Of a stretch of DNA of 64,000 bases, positions 41,579 through 51,510 are shown in pieces; the first letter of the stretch is position 1, and each line of letters opens with the position of its first letter. The stretch is taken from positions 86,356 through 150,355 of the forward strand of contig JBGARZ010000024.1 of assembly GCA_044229975.1 (NCBI GenBank). Reading direction: 5' to 3'. Source of the stretch: Polyangiales bacterium (GTDB taxonomy: Bacteria > Myxococcota_A > Polyangia > Polyangiales > Ga0077539). Both the position numbers and the translations under genes were made by a program. Below the pieces are notes generated by a model. That model saw nothing but the letters and a program-made list of their open reading frames with translations. It did not search any database and was not told where the DNA came from.

Positions 41579-42499
41579 TCACTCCTTGCGCCATCGGACC
41601 CACCACTGGTTGCTCGTCCCGGGCCCGACGTCCCAACGGTCGACCAGCGTGAGCCCGGTCGCAGCCACGGTCGCCACCGCCTCGTCCGCGCCGTCGTTGC
41701 GGTAGTGCTCGAAGCCCGACGGACCACCCTCCGCCCGCGCCGCCTGCCGGCGTGAGCGCACCAGCCCGAAGGCTACGTTGTCCACGGCCAGCAGCGTCCC
41801 GCCGGGGCGCAGCATCCGCGCGAGCGACGAAGCCACGGCCGCGGGGTCGGCGAGGTGGTTCCAGCTACGGAGCACCAGCACGTGGTCGAAGCGCTCGGCC
41901 GGGTCGAGGTCCTCGGCGGTGCCGACTCGCAGCGTCGCCCAGGGCCAGCGCTCGCGCAGCGCAGCGATGTGACCCGCGTCGGGGTCGAGGCCCACGTACG
42001 CGATCGTCCTCGCTGCGGTGAGCGACGCCAGCGTCTCGCCGTACGGTCCCTGGCCGCAGCCCACGTCGAGCACCGCGCCGCGCAACCCCGCGACCATCGC
42101 GCCCACCACCGCATCATCCCGCGAGAACACCTCGTCGCGCGTCGGATCGAACAACCCCGCGCAGCGCGCGAAGGCGTCGCAGCCCGAACACACCGCGCTC
42201 CGCTGGAGCTTCCGCAGGTCGACCGGAAAGTCGTCGGGCGCGGGCTTGTCGGAGACGTCGAGGTACACCTGCCCCTCGCGGTGCTGCACCTCGACGAGCT
42301 GCTCGTCGGTGAAGTCCGAGGTGTCGCTCACAAACACCGCCACGCGGTCGTCGCGGCGCAGGAAGATCGCCCGCCCCCGCGGCCATCGTCCCGGCCCCGC
42401 GCGACGCACCGGACACCCCGCCGGGTCTTCGGACGTGAGCGTCCCCACCCCGCCGCGCAGCGTGTAGTGGAACGAGTTCGATCGCGGTCGCGCGCCCAT
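41579..42499 (-). CDS. Class I SAM-dependent methyltransferase with N-terminal CxxC-x5-C motif
   Basis: VLDVGCGQG, YVGLDP, FDHV...NHL-x-DP...LRPGG and CSGCDAFARCAG. Start uncertain. Confidence 0.8.
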   Translation of the reverse strand: MGARPRSNSFHYTLRGGVGTLTSEDPAGCPVRRAGPGRWPRGRAIFLRRDDRVAVFVSDTSDFTDEQLVEVQHREGQVYLDVSDKPAPDDFPVDLRKLQRSAVCSGCDAFARCAGLFDPTRDEVFSRDDAVVGAMVAGLRGAVLDVGCGQGPYGETLASLTAARTIAYVGLDPDAGHIAALRERWPWATLRVGTAEDLDPAERFDHVLVLRSWNHLADPAAVASSLARMLRPGGTLLAVDNVAFGLVRSRRQAARAEGGPSGFEHYRNDGADEAVATVAATGLTLVDRWDVGPGTSNQWWVRWRKE

Positions 42500-42514
42500 C
42501 GCGCCGCGGAGTGT

Positions 42515-43804
42515 ATGCTCCCGACCGCGGTGTCCACGAAGCCAGAATCCTCCGCAGCGCCCGGGTTCAAGGCCCCGCGCGACATCACCATCCCCGACGA
42601 GGGTTCGACCGCCGCGCGCGACGTGCTCTCCGCCGCGATGCGACGCGTCCTCGGCGAGCTGAAGCGCCTGCCGACGAAGCCCATCGCTCCGGGCGACTCG
42701 CCCGACGAGCACCGCGCCTTCGCGCGCACCGTCGACGCGATCTTCGCCGCCCCGGGCCTCGCGGCCAGCCTCGTGCGGCGCCCCACCGTGGGCTCGCTCC
42801 TGCGCTGCCTCCGCAAGCCGTCGACGCCCGAGCGCACCCTCGGTTGGACCCGCGCGCTCCGCGCCCAGCTCGCCTTCGAGCTCGCCTGCCTCGATGCGCT
42901 GCCCGCGCCCGTCGAGCTCGGATCTTTACCCGATCAGGTACTCTCCATCCCCGCCAACCTCGCGCTGCGCTTCGCCGCGGAGGTCACCGGGGCGCGCTTC
43001 GCCAACGGCGCGGTCACCCTCGTCACGGCGCGCGGCGCGGAGACCCACGCCATCGAGTCGTGGACGGGCGACGACGATCGGCCCGACTTCATCACGCGGC
43101 CCTACCACTCAATCACGCCGACGCTGCGCCTCGCGCTGGCCGACAACAACCCGCTGCAGATGTTCGAGGCGCACCCCGACAAGGAGGGCAACGCCATCGA
43201 CCTCGGCGCGAAGTCGGCCGACGACTGGTGCGCCTCGCTGCGCGCCTCGCTCGACCTCATCGCGACGTACCTGCCCACGCTGCGCGGCGAGATCGACCTC
43301 TTCCTGCACCTCGCGGTGCCCGTCGGCTACGACGAGCACAAGCACCTCTCGGCCTCCTACCAGGAGGCCATCGGGACCATCTACCTCACGCTCCACCCCA
43401 ACCTCATGACCATGACCGAGGCGGTCATCCACGAGTTCTCGCACAACAAGCTCAACGCCCTGCTGGAGCTCGACCCGCTGCTCGAAAACGCCTTCTGGCC
43501 GCTCTACGCCTCGCCCGTGCGACCCGACCCGCGGCCGCTGCACGGCGTGATGCTCGCGGTGCACGCGTTTCAGCCCGTCGCGCGGCTCTACGAGCGCATG
43601 GCCGAGGGCGGACACCCCCGCGCGAAGACGGCCGACTTCCAGCGGCGCTTCGCCGCGGTCCGGCGCATCAACCACGCGGGCGCCGACGTGGTGCTCAACA
43701 ACGGGAGGCCCACCGCGATGGGCCGCAACCTCCTCGACGAGATGCGCCGCTGGGACGACCACTACGGCACGCAAGAACTCCCCGAGTCGCTCCCCGACCA
43801 CTGA
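42515..43804 (+). CDS. HExxH-motif protein (alphaKG-HExxH-type peptide-modifying family)
   Basis: SAS-x4-IG-x-IY, EAVIHEFSHNKL, SPVRPDPRPLHGVMLAVHAF. Confidence 0.88.
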   Translation: MLPTAVSTKPESSAAPGFKAPRDITIPDEGSTAARDVLSAAMRRVLGELKRLPTKPIAPGDSPDEHRAFARTVDAIFAAPGLAASLVRRPTVGSLLRCLRKPSTPERTLGWTRALRAQLAFELACLDALPAPVELGSLPDQVLSIPANLALRFAAEVTGARFANGAVTLVTARGAETHAIESWTGDDDRPDFITRPYHSITPTLRLALADNNPLQMFEAHPDKEGNAIDLGAKSADDWCASLRASLDLIATYLPTLRGEIDLFLHLAVPVGYDEHKHLSASYQEAIGTIYLTLHPNLMTMTEAVIHEFSHNKLNALLELDPLLENAFWPLYASPVRPDPRPLHGVMLAVHAFQPVARLYERMAEGGHPRAKTADFQRRFAAVRRINHAGADVVLNNGRPTAMGRNLLDEMRRWDDHYGTQELPESLPDH

Positions 43805-43812
43805 CCTCTTCG

Positions 43813-44694
43813 ATGCACGACGAGACGCCGACCACTGTCCCGAGCCCTGCCGAGGAGCGCGCGCTGCTCGCGACGTGGGCCAGCGCGTTCGATGCTGTGT
43901 ACGGATGGGGCCCGGCCTTCGAGGACTTCGCGGGCGACGTCCCTGGCGGCTTCACCATCACCGTGCGGCCGACCATCGACCCCATCGAGCTGCTCGGCGG
44001 CACCGGACACTTCCGGCACCGGCCCGCGATGGTCGCGCAGGTGCGCCGCCTGGGCTACGCCTGGAACGACGCCAACCGCGTCGTCACCATGCCCTCGCCC
44101 GCGACCTTCAACGCCATCGCCGATCGCCTCGGGCCCGACGGTTACCGCGTGCGCGTGCACCCCGACCCGCAGCGCAACCTCGCGCTCGGCCCCTTCCTCA
44201 CGAGCTACCTCGACGGCTTCGTCCCCGTGCACGTCGCGACTGGACCGCTCTACGCGACCGTCGCCGCCGATCGCGCAGCGGCCGCCCACCGCGGCGACCT
44301 GCGCTTCCACTTCGCGTCGTTCGCCCACGACCTCACGGTGCACGCGCTCAACTACCATCTGATCCCGCGAGCGTGCGCCGAGGCGTTTCGCGCGCGCATC
44401 GAGGCGGCCATGCCCGAGCGCGTCCGAGCGTGGAGGCGCCCCGAAGCGCCGGGCCCACTCACGCTCACGACCTTCTTCGACAACGACATCAACCGCTACT
44501 GCTACGCGACGTGGTCGCGCAGCGAGACGCCCGCGGACTTCGCCCGGCTCTTCGCGAGCGAGCGCAACTTCTCGCAGCTCACGGCGTGCCTCGACTGCCG
44601 CATCGACGAGACGCTACGAGGCATCGGCGACGTCCCGAGCGGCGTCACGGGTGACCTCGCTCCGCTCACGCCCTGCGAGTTTCGCGTCGAGTGA
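43813..44694 (+). CDS. Hypothetical protein
   Basis: 293-aa ORF with GC-rich third positions, 8 bp after the HExxH gene. No recognised family. Confidence 0.6.
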   Translation: MHDETPTTVPSPAEERALLATWASAFDAVYGWGPAFEDFAGDVPGGFTITVRPTIDPIELLGGTGHFRHRPAMVAQVRRLGYAWNDANRVVTMPSPATFNAIADRLGPDGYRVRVHPDPQRNLALGPFLTSYLDGFVPVHVATGPLYATVAADRAAAAHRGDLRFHFASFAHDLTVHALNYHLIPRACAEAFRARIEAAMPERVRAWRRPEAPGPLTLTTFFDNDINRYCYATWSRSETPADFARLFASERNFSQLTACLDCRIDETLRGIGDVPSGVTGDLAPLTPCEFRVE

Positions 44695-44703
44695 CGCACA
44701 GCC

Positions 44704-45732
44704 TCAACCGGGCGGCCGGTCGAAGGGCACCAGGTCGGCCTCGCCACGCGCGCGAAGGTAGGACTCGCTCACGCCCGAGCACTGCTCTCGCACGACGCAG
44801 CGGCCACAAGCCGACGCGTTCGCAGGCGCGAACAGGCCGGCCGCGACGGTCTTGTAGGTGCGACGGTGCAGCGCCACAGGAACGGCGCACAGCGCGACGC
44901 CCACCAGCGACGAAACGACGGTAGCCGCCGCGCTGGACTGCTCGACCAGCGCGCGGCGAACCAGTGAGTTGGCCGGCTGGAGACGATCAGGATCGGGCAC
45001 CAACGGCTCCGGCGCGAAGGCCGCGAGCGACGACTTCTGCTCGCGCTCGGCGAGCCACGGCAGCAGCCGCGGCAGGTGCTCGACGGCGCGTCGCGTGAGG
45101 ACGGTGTTGATCTCCACGAAGACTCCCGCCGCGCTCAGGTGATCGATCGCGCTCGTCACTTCGCGGAACGCACCCGCTCGCCCCGCCATCGCGTCGTGCG
45201 CGGCGGCGTCCGCGGCCTGTAGCGTGAGGGCCACCGCCTGGAGGCCGGGGATCGCCGCCACGCGGTGGGCGAGGGCGGCGTCTGACAGCGCGGTGTGCGG
45301 GCCGAGCAGGCGCTTTGGCAACAACGGGCGTCGCTCCAGCGCTGCGATGATCGCGTCGTGCGACGGGTGACGGAGCCAGTCGTGGCCGGTGATCGTCACG
45401 GCGACGGGCGGCTGGTGTCGTTCGCAGGCCTTGAGCAACGCGTCGAGCGCGCCGGAGGTCGCGAGGTCGCCCGTCAGCCGCTCGAAGCGGTCGTCGAAGA
45501 GCACGAGCGCGCGGTGCATCGGCTTCTCGCGCTGCACGGGCTGCGCGCAGAACTCGCACGCCTGCGCGCAGCGGGCCTCGAAGTACAGGTGAAGCTCCGT
45601 GGCCGACGATCCCACGAAGGACTCGACGACCATCGTGGCCGCGATCTCCCAGGAGCCATGCACCAGGCGCAGCGCCATGAGACGGCGCATCAGCGCGTGC
45701 TCTCGGATGAACCAGACGGACGGGGAGGACAT
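44704..45732 (-). CDS. Divergent radical SAM protein
   Basis: CAQACEFC, HDAMAGRAGAF, VALC, CGRCVVREQCSG. GGEP is replaced by TGHD. Confidence 0.75.
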   Translation of the reverse strand: MSSPSVWFIREHALMRRLMALRLVHGSWEIAATMVVESFVGSSATELHLYFEARCAQACEFCAQPVQREKPMHRALVLFDDRFERLTGDLATSGALDALLKACERHQPPVAVTITGHDWLRHPSHDAIIAALERRPLLPKRLLGPHTALSDAALAHRVAAIPGLQAVALTLQAADAAAHDAMAGRAGAFREVTSAIDHLSAAGVFVEINTVLTRRAVEHLPRLLPWLAEREQKSSLAAFAPEPLVPDPDRLQPANSLVRRALVEQSSAAATVVSSLVGVALCAVPVALHRRTYKTVAAGLFAPANASACGRCVVREQCSGVSESYLRARGEADLVPFDRPPG

Positions 45733-45782
45733 CGCGAATCGTGCCGACCTGCGGGAGCGCGACGGCGCTTCGGGTGCGCCGG

Positions 45783-47387
45783 TCAGCCTACCCGCAACGC
45801 AGCCATGGCGCCGCGCACCGCGTCGACGAGCTCGGGCGAAGCAGAGGTCACGGGGCGTGCGAGGCGGTAGCTGCCGACCACCCCGGCGCCCTTCACGGCC
45901 AGCGCGAGGGTGACGGTGTTGCCATCGGGCGTCTCCAACGCGACAGCGGCCTCGTTGCCCTCGGTGGCCACCATGACGTCACGCCAGCGCAGCGCACCAA
46001 ACGGCGCCCGTGACCGCAGCCGACCGAGGCACTGCGCCAGCCGACGGTCGACCCCGCGACCGAGCGCCGCGCCGCGCGCGCTCTGGAACCCCGCGTCCTC
46101 GGCCACCGTGTGCAGCATGACGACGTCGTCGCCCTCACACAGTCGTCCCATGATCGCCTTCAGCAGGCCCACCACCGCCGCGCCGCCGTCGTGCGCGTCG
46201 AGCAGGTGCAGCGAGAACGCCGCCGTCGCCGCCACGCCGCCCGCGCCGCTCCCGCCGCGTCGCATCGCCACCACGGCGAACGCGCCGCCCGCGCCGTTGA
46301 CGCGCAGGGTCACTTCGCCGTCGCGTGAGTTCTCGTGCACCGCGAGCGTGGTGAAGGGCGCCGGCGGCGACCACCCGGTGAGCTTCGCGACGAGCGGACG
46401 CACGTGCAGCACGAAGAGCCGCTGGGTCGGGTCGAGCACCGCGAGCTTCGCGGGCGTGATGGGTTCGAGCTCCGCGGTGCCGTGGTGCCGCGCGTAGGTC
46501 TCGAAGATGCCCGAGCACTGCCCGTCGAAGACGCACGACGCGCACGACGCGAGCTTGAGCTTGTCGCGGCGCTTCACCTCGTACTTGTCCCAGGCCTCGC
46601 TGAGCTGGTCCTTCGAGTCGACGGCGACGGTGAAGGTCGACTCGCCGTCGTGGTGGATCCACGGCGCGAGCTTCGGCGCGATGCAGTACGGCAGGTTGCC
46701 GATGTTCACGTCGAAGCCGGGCCGAGCCGCCTCGAAGCGCTCGATCATCGTCGTCATGGCCGGGACCATGTCGCCGTAGCGCGGGAGCATGTCGCGCATC
46801 TCGTCTTCGGTGCGAACGCCCGCGTCGAGGGGACGGATCATGTCGAGGTGCAGCTGCTCGACCCCGAAGGGCAGCAGCAGCTTCGGGAACTCCGCGACCG
46901 ACTCGTAGTTCGACCGCACCACGCACATGTTCACGGTGATGCGCTGCTTGCGCTCGCGGAGATTGATCATCGTCTCGCGCAGCCGCCCGAACGACCCGAG
47001 CTTCTTCGTCGTGCGCTCGTGCGAGAGCGCCGTCGCGCCCTGAAACGACAGCCGCCAGATGAAGTTGCCGCCCGTCTCCAGCACCTCGTCGAGGAAGCCC
47101 ATGCGCGCGGTCTTCACCCCGTTGGTGAACAGCACGACCTCCTCGAAACCCATCCTGACGGCGCCGCGCACGACCTCCAGGAAGCCCGGCTGGATGGTTG
47201 GTTCGCCGCCGAGCAGCGTCACCTTGCGCATGCCCTGGTCGCGGCCCTCCTGGAGCTTCTCGATCACCGGCGCGGCTTCGAGGGGAAAGGCCTCGCGCAT
47301 GGCCGTGCGCTGCCCGCTCACGCAGAACACGCAGCGGTTGTTGCACATGTGCCCGAGTTGGATCTCGAACTGCCGGTCAGGCTCCAC
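45783..47387 (-). CDS. Radical SAM protein with C-terminal extension, paralog of 11920-13230
   Basis: QLGHMCNNRCVFC, GGEPT, FTNG, NLPYC, CASCVFDGQCSG. Confidence 0.88.
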   Translation of the reverse strand: MEPDRQFEIQLGHMCNNRCVFCVSGQRTAMREAFPLEAAPVIEKLQEGRDQGMRKVTLLGGEPTIQPGFLEVVRGAVRMGFEEVVLFTNGVKTARMGFLDEVLETGGNFIWRLSFQGATALSHERTTKKLGSFGRLRETMINLRERKQRITVNMCVVRSNYESVAEFPKLLLPFGVEQLHLDMIRPLDAGVRTEDEMRDMLPRYGDMVPAMTTMIERFEAARPGFDVNIGNLPYCIAPKLAPWIHHDGESTFTVAVDSKDQLSEAWDKYEVKRRDKLKLASCASCVFDGQCSGIFETYARHHGTAELEPITPAKLAVLDPTQRLFVLHVRPLVAKLTGWSPPAPFTTLAVHENSRDGEVTLRVNGAGGAFAVVAMRRGGSGAGGVAATAAFSLHLLDAHDGGAAVVGLLKAIMGRLCEGDDVVMLHTVAEDAGFQSARGAALGRGVDRRLAQCLGRLRSRAPFGALRWRDVMVATEGNEAAVALETPDGNTVTLALAVKGAGVVGSYRLARPVTSASPELVDAVRGAMAALRVG

Positions 47388-47586
47388 GACGCGCGATCAT
47401 AGTGCGAACCACGAGCCAACACAGACGTGCTCTCGTGCGGATCAACCGCGTGTCGCAAACCGCGCGTCGCAGACCATGTAGGTGGACGTAGGCAGGAAGT
47501 TGGCAGCGCGAGCGGATCGGGTGCTCCCTTCTGCCCTTGAGGAGGCTGACGGGAGAGCCTCCAGGCTCGACCGGATGCCTCCGGAA

Positions 47587-47612
47587 AAAAGGTTCCTTAT
47601 AAGGAACCTTTT
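47587..47612. promoter_or_regulatory. Perfect 26-bp palindrome in an AT-rich tract
   Basis: AAAAGGTTCCTTATAAGGAACCTTTT. Confidence 0.75.
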
Positions 47613-47676
47613 AAGAGGGAATTTTGCGACGAATTCCTTAACGATTCCGCATAGTTCTAGATCCGTGCCAACCAGG

Positions 47677-47918
47677 GTCTGCCGGAATTTGCAACATCTG
47701 TGTAGGGTGTCTGCCGGTTCTTGCCACATTTACCGCCGAGATCTGCCGGATCTTGCAACATGGAGGCGGCTCCCAGGCACCGTCAGGGTCTGCCGGAATT
47801 TGCAACATGGAGGTGGCTCCCAGGCACCGTCAGGGTCTGCCGGAATTTGCAACATCGGCACCCCCTTCAGGAGCACTACGCAACTGTTTCCGTAGGGGTC
47901 TGCCGGATTCTGCAACAT
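47677..47918. repeat. Six 21-bp direct repeats (iteron-like), consensus GTCTGCCGGAWTYTGCAACAT
   Basis: Copies start at 47677, 47709, 47741, 47788, 47835 and 47898 (periods 32, 32, 47, 47, 63). Confidence 0.85.
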
Positions 47919-47945
47919 GCTGCTACGCAGCGTAGGCGGGGGCGG

Positions 47946-49640
47946 TCAGCGAAGCTTTTGCAACGCCTGGTGCAGGCTCTTCTTGAGCGCCTCGTCGGGT
48001 TCAGCCTCGGCGCGGTGCACGGTCCAACGCGAGATGCCGAGCACCTCGGCGGCCTGTTCCTGGGTCCAGCCCTTGGACTTGCGCCACGCGGCGAACTCGC
48101 CCCCCGTCAGGATCGACGGCGGCGGCGCGGTCTCCGGCGGAACGATCCCGTGGATCATCCGCTCGCGCGCCCACTGCGGCTGGTAGAGGCGGCACCGTCC
48201 GTTGAGGGTCCAGGCGTTGGCGCCCTCCCACTCGAAGCGCCCGAGGCCGCCCACACGCTGGAGCGCGTCGAGGTTCTGCCGCAGCGTGGTCCACGCGCGA
48301 CCGGGGCGCTGGTTGCGCACCTCGATACCCGCGGCCTCCAGCAGCTTGGCGCCCGACAGCACGACGAAGTCGACCTCCTCGGAGAGCGCCCACCGCCAGC
48401 GGATCGGGAGGATGAGCCCGAGCGCCAGCGCGTGCGGGTTGCGGATGTGGTCGATGCGCGCGAGCTCGGTGGGAGCGGGCGCCCAGAGCCGACCGACCTC
48501 GCCGCTCGCCTTACGAACGCCTTCGTAGAGCACCGGGTGGATCACCAGCTCCATGCCCTCGAGCACCCACTCGCTGCCCTGCATCTTCTCGCCGTGCTGC
48601 GTGACCGCGAGCACCGGGCCGCGCAGACGCACGGTCCCGTCCGGGTGGTAGATGGCGAGTTCCATGCGGGTGAGGGCCTCGACCTCCGCGGCCACGGTCA
48701 CGCGCACCTTGAGGTCGCGGCGCGATCGATCGCCGTAGCCGAGCGCGGCGAGGTGGTCCTCCAGGCGCCAGCGCACGCGGCCGGTGCGGCCCGCCTCGGT
48801 GAACAGCAGCTGCAACGCCGCCCAGTGCCGCAGGCCCTGCCAGTGCTTCCACTCGCGCACCGCGTGGACGATGCGCTCCGGGAGGTCCTGCACGCTGAGG
48901 CGCAGGCCGAGCTGCTTGCCGGGGTAGAGAATCTCCGCCCACCCGTCGCGCACGGGGGTCTTCCGCACGCGGCGATCCTTGGGGAGGTCGCGCCAGCCGG
49001 AGAGCAGCTCGTGGTGCACGGCGCCCGCGTCGAGGGCGATGGCCTGCCGTCGCTGCGCCTCGCGCACCTCGAGCTCGGCGCTCGCGAGCAGCACGCACGC
49101 GTGCACGTCCCAGTGGGCGAGGGCGGCCTTCAGGTCGTCATCAGCCTGGATGATCCCGCTGTCGATGAGCGCCTGCGTCGCGCTCACCTCCGCGCTCTGC
49201 AACGGAACCAACGTCCCATCGAGGAACGCTCTCGCGAGGAGTCGCGCGTGTGGGTCCTTGGTCTGGTCGAGGATCATCGCGACGTCGCGGAGCGCGAGGT
49301 TCACCGGCCAGCTCCAGGTGACGTCGTCCTGCTCCGAGGCGAGCGCGAGCGGGATCTCCGCTGGCGGCAGTGTCTTCCAGTGCGCGGCGTCCCCGTGCCA
49401 GAGCAGCCGGAAGAGCCAGCGCTCGGCCGCGCGCTCCAGCACGGCGGGCCGGGTGCGACGGTCGATGGCGAAGGCCTCGATCTGCTCGGACAGCGCGCTC
49501 ATCGCGAGGGCCGCGGCTTCTTCGAGGCGCTTGTCCTTGGAGGCCGCCGTGGCCCAGGCCCGCAGCGAGGCGTTGGTCGACGCCTGCGCCCGCGTCACGA
49601 TGCGGTTGAGCCGGTTCAGAAACACCGCCGACGCGATCAC
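47946..49640 (-). CDS. Hypothetical protein with C-terminal XRE-type HTH; candidate replication initiator
   Basis: WRKSKGWTQEQAAEVLGISRWTVHRAE. GTG start overlaps the helicase stop, and the gene ends just before the repeat array. Confidence 0.65.
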   Translation of the reverse strand: MIASAVFLNRLNRIVTRAQASTNASLRAWATAASKDKRLEEAAALAMSALSEQIEAFAIDRRTRPAVLERAAERWLFRLLWHGDAAHWKTLPPAEIPLALASEQDDVTWSWPVNLALRDVAMILDQTKDPHARLLARAFLDGTLVPLQSAEVSATQALIDSGIIQADDDLKAALAHWDVHACVLLASAELEVREAQRRQAIALDAGAVHHELLSGWRDLPKDRRVRKTPVRDGWAEILYPGKQLGLRLSVQDLPERIVHAVREWKHWQGLRHWAALQLLFTEAGRTGRVRWRLEDHLAALGYGDRSRRDLKVRVTVAAEVEALTRMELAIYHPDGTVRLRGPVLAVTQHGEKMQGSEWVLEGMELVIHPVLYEGVRKASGEVGRLWAPAPTELARIDHIRNPHALALGLILPIRWRWALSEEVDFVVLSGAKLLEAAGIEVRNQRPGRAWTTLRQNLDALQRVGGLGRFEWEGANAWTLNGRCRLYQPQWARERMIHGIVPPETAPPPSILTGGEFAAWRKSKGWTQEQAAEVLGISRWTVHRAEAEPDEALKKSLHQALQKLR

Positions 49641-50959
49641 AGCACGATCTCCTTGGGGCCTTCGGTGGTCGAGAACGTGTGCCCGTTCCACTCCAGGTCG
49701 GCGCGACCGACGGGGCCGTGGCGGTTCTTCGCGAGCACCAGCACCCGGCCGCGCCCGCGCTCGGCGTTGCGCGCGAGCACCAGCACGCCGTCCGCCGCGT
49801 ACTCGATCTCGCCCGACTCCTTGCCGAGGCCCACGAGGTCCGTCGGGTCGGTCTCGGGGTTGTTCACTAGCGTGGCGTAGTTCGCGCGGGCGGTGCTCGA
49901 CAGCACCAGCACCACCGCCCCGAGGTCGCGGGCGAGCGCGCGGGCCACATAGGAGACGCGCCCGACGGCGGTGCGGGGTTCTTCACCGTGGCGCCCCGCG
50001 CAGAGCTGGAGGTAGTCGATCACGATGAGCGACGGCTTGAGCGCCCAGGCTCGCGAGGCCAGCGTCTCGGCACCGTAGCCGAAGGGCGGCCCGCACTCGG
50101 TGTGAAAGGGGAGCTGCTCGACCGCGCGCGCGGCCTCCATCACCTGTGCGACCTCGACGTCATCCAGGGTGCCGCGGAGGATCCGGCTCCACGCGACGCC
50201 CGACAGGGTGCCCATCACGCGGGCGGCGAGGTCCTGCCGCGACAGCTCCAGCGCCAGGTAGAGGGCGGACTGCCCCCGCCGCGCGGCCTCGACGGCGACC
50301 TGCACCGCCCACTGGGTCTTGCCCGACCCGGTGCCCCCGACGAGTACGTACATCCCGGGCCAGAGCCCGCCGCCGAGGAGGCTGTCGACGGGGCCCCACG
50401 GGGTGGCCATGGCGACCTCCTGCCCCGTGCGGCGCGCCCACATGGTGTCGAGCATCCCCTCGACGTCCTGGCCGACGCGGGTGGCGCCCGCCTGGTCCTG
50501 CATCGTGCCGAGCGAGCGGTCGAGGGCGACGCGCACCGCGGGCAGGGCCTCGCCGCTCAGCAGCCGATGGGTCGCGGCCTGGTAGGCCTCCAGGGCACGC
50601 CGGCGCTCGGCGAGGTCCCACACGATGCGCGCGTGCGACTCGCAGTGCGAGAGCGTCGGGATCTCATCGGTGAGCTCGCCCACATACTGGGCGCCGCCGA
50701 CGGTGTTGAGCCGGTCGCGGACCCGCAGCTCGGCCACCACCGTGAGCACGTCCACCGGCTCGCCGCGGGTGTGGAGTGCGAGCACCACCTCCCAGAGCAG
50801 CGCATGCCGCGGGTCGTAGAAGTCCCCCGACTTCAGGATCGTCGCGACCCGGGGGATGATCCGCTCGTGCCCCTCGCCGTCGAGCAGCGCGGCCGCCAGC
50901 ACGGCGCGCTCTGCCTGGAGATCAGCGAGCGACTGAGCGCTCCGAGAAGTATCTGTCAT
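49637..50959 (-). CDS. DnaB-like replicative helicase (divergent, probably element-borne)
   Basis: DnaB N-terminal domain (AERAVL...DFYDPRH...PVDVLTV), Walker A GGTGSGKT, IVIDYLQL, ESGEIEYAAD, AKNRHGPVG. Confidence 0.88.
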   Translation of the reverse strand: MTDTSRSAQSLADLQAERAVLAAALLDGEGHERIIPRVATILKSGDFYDPRHALLWEVVLALHTRGEPVDVLTVVAELRVRDRLNTVGGAQYVGELTDEIPTLSHCESHARIVWDLAERRRALEAYQAATHRLLSGEALPAVRVALDRSLGTMQDQAGATRVGQDVEGMLDTMWARRTGQEVAMATPWGPVDSLLGGGLWPGMYVLVGGTGSGKTQWAVQVAVEAARRGQSALYLALELSRQDLAARVMGTLSGVAWSRILRGTLDDVEVAQVMEAARAVEQLPFHTECGPPFGYGAETLASRAWALKPSLIVIDYLQLCAGRHGEEPRTAVGRVSYVARALARDLGAVVLVLSSTARANYATLVNNPETDPTDLVGLGKESGEIEYAADGVLVLARNAERGRGRVLVLAKNRHGPVGRADLEWNGHTFSTTEGPKEIVL

Positions 50960-51510
50960 TCCGACGCGGCGCCTTCCTGATGCGGGCGGACCGTAACAAC
51001 ACCCGTTCCAGCGCCGCTAGTTCGCGCCGCCCGGGTGGCGATCACCCGGTCCTTGTCCCAGGCGAAGCAGTCTCCAGGAGTGAGCTGTGCGGCCGAGTCC
51101 GCAACCGTTGCGTAGGTCTGCAAGAATGTCCGCTGGTAAGAGGGAACGTCCGAGGGAGAAATCAACGAAGCGATCGTGCATGGCGCAATGCCATCGGATG
51201 AAACGAAACAACGAAGAAAGGGGCGGGGTCGAACCACTCCAGGCAGAGACTTCCGGTGAAGGGTTGGAGACCGGAAAAACTGTCTGATCTAGATTGGTTG
51301 TGAGCTTGTTGATGGGGTGGGTCCGTAGACTATCCACCAGAGAATTGTTGTAGGCTCTGGATCGCCCCGGCGAACGTCGGTATGCAGGTTGCTGACCCCT
51401 AAGGGTGGATCTCAGCTCAGGATCGAGAAATCTGCGGTGAGTTCCATCAGGCGAACGGCGACATCCACCGGTATCCTCGCGACGAAGTTGTTGGAGGATC
51501 GGGGAGTTTG

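Noticed and set aside
47677..47918. 21-bp repeats as a CRISPR array
   Set aside because: The gaps are 11, 11, 26, 26 and 42 bp, two of them near-identical, and there are no cas genes in the window.
47482..47935. Short ORFs across the repeat region
   Set aside because: They are translations of the repeat and AT-rich DNA with atypical codon usage.
49637..50959. Calling this the housekeeping dnaB
   Set aside because: It has a divergent motif (LSSTAR instead of LSQL-x-R) and a non-housekeeping context, so the symbol is withheld.
50956..51237. 93-aa ORF overlapping the helicase start (ATGA)
   Set aside because: The coupling is suggestive, but codon bias is weak and there are no motifs, so it is left uncalled.
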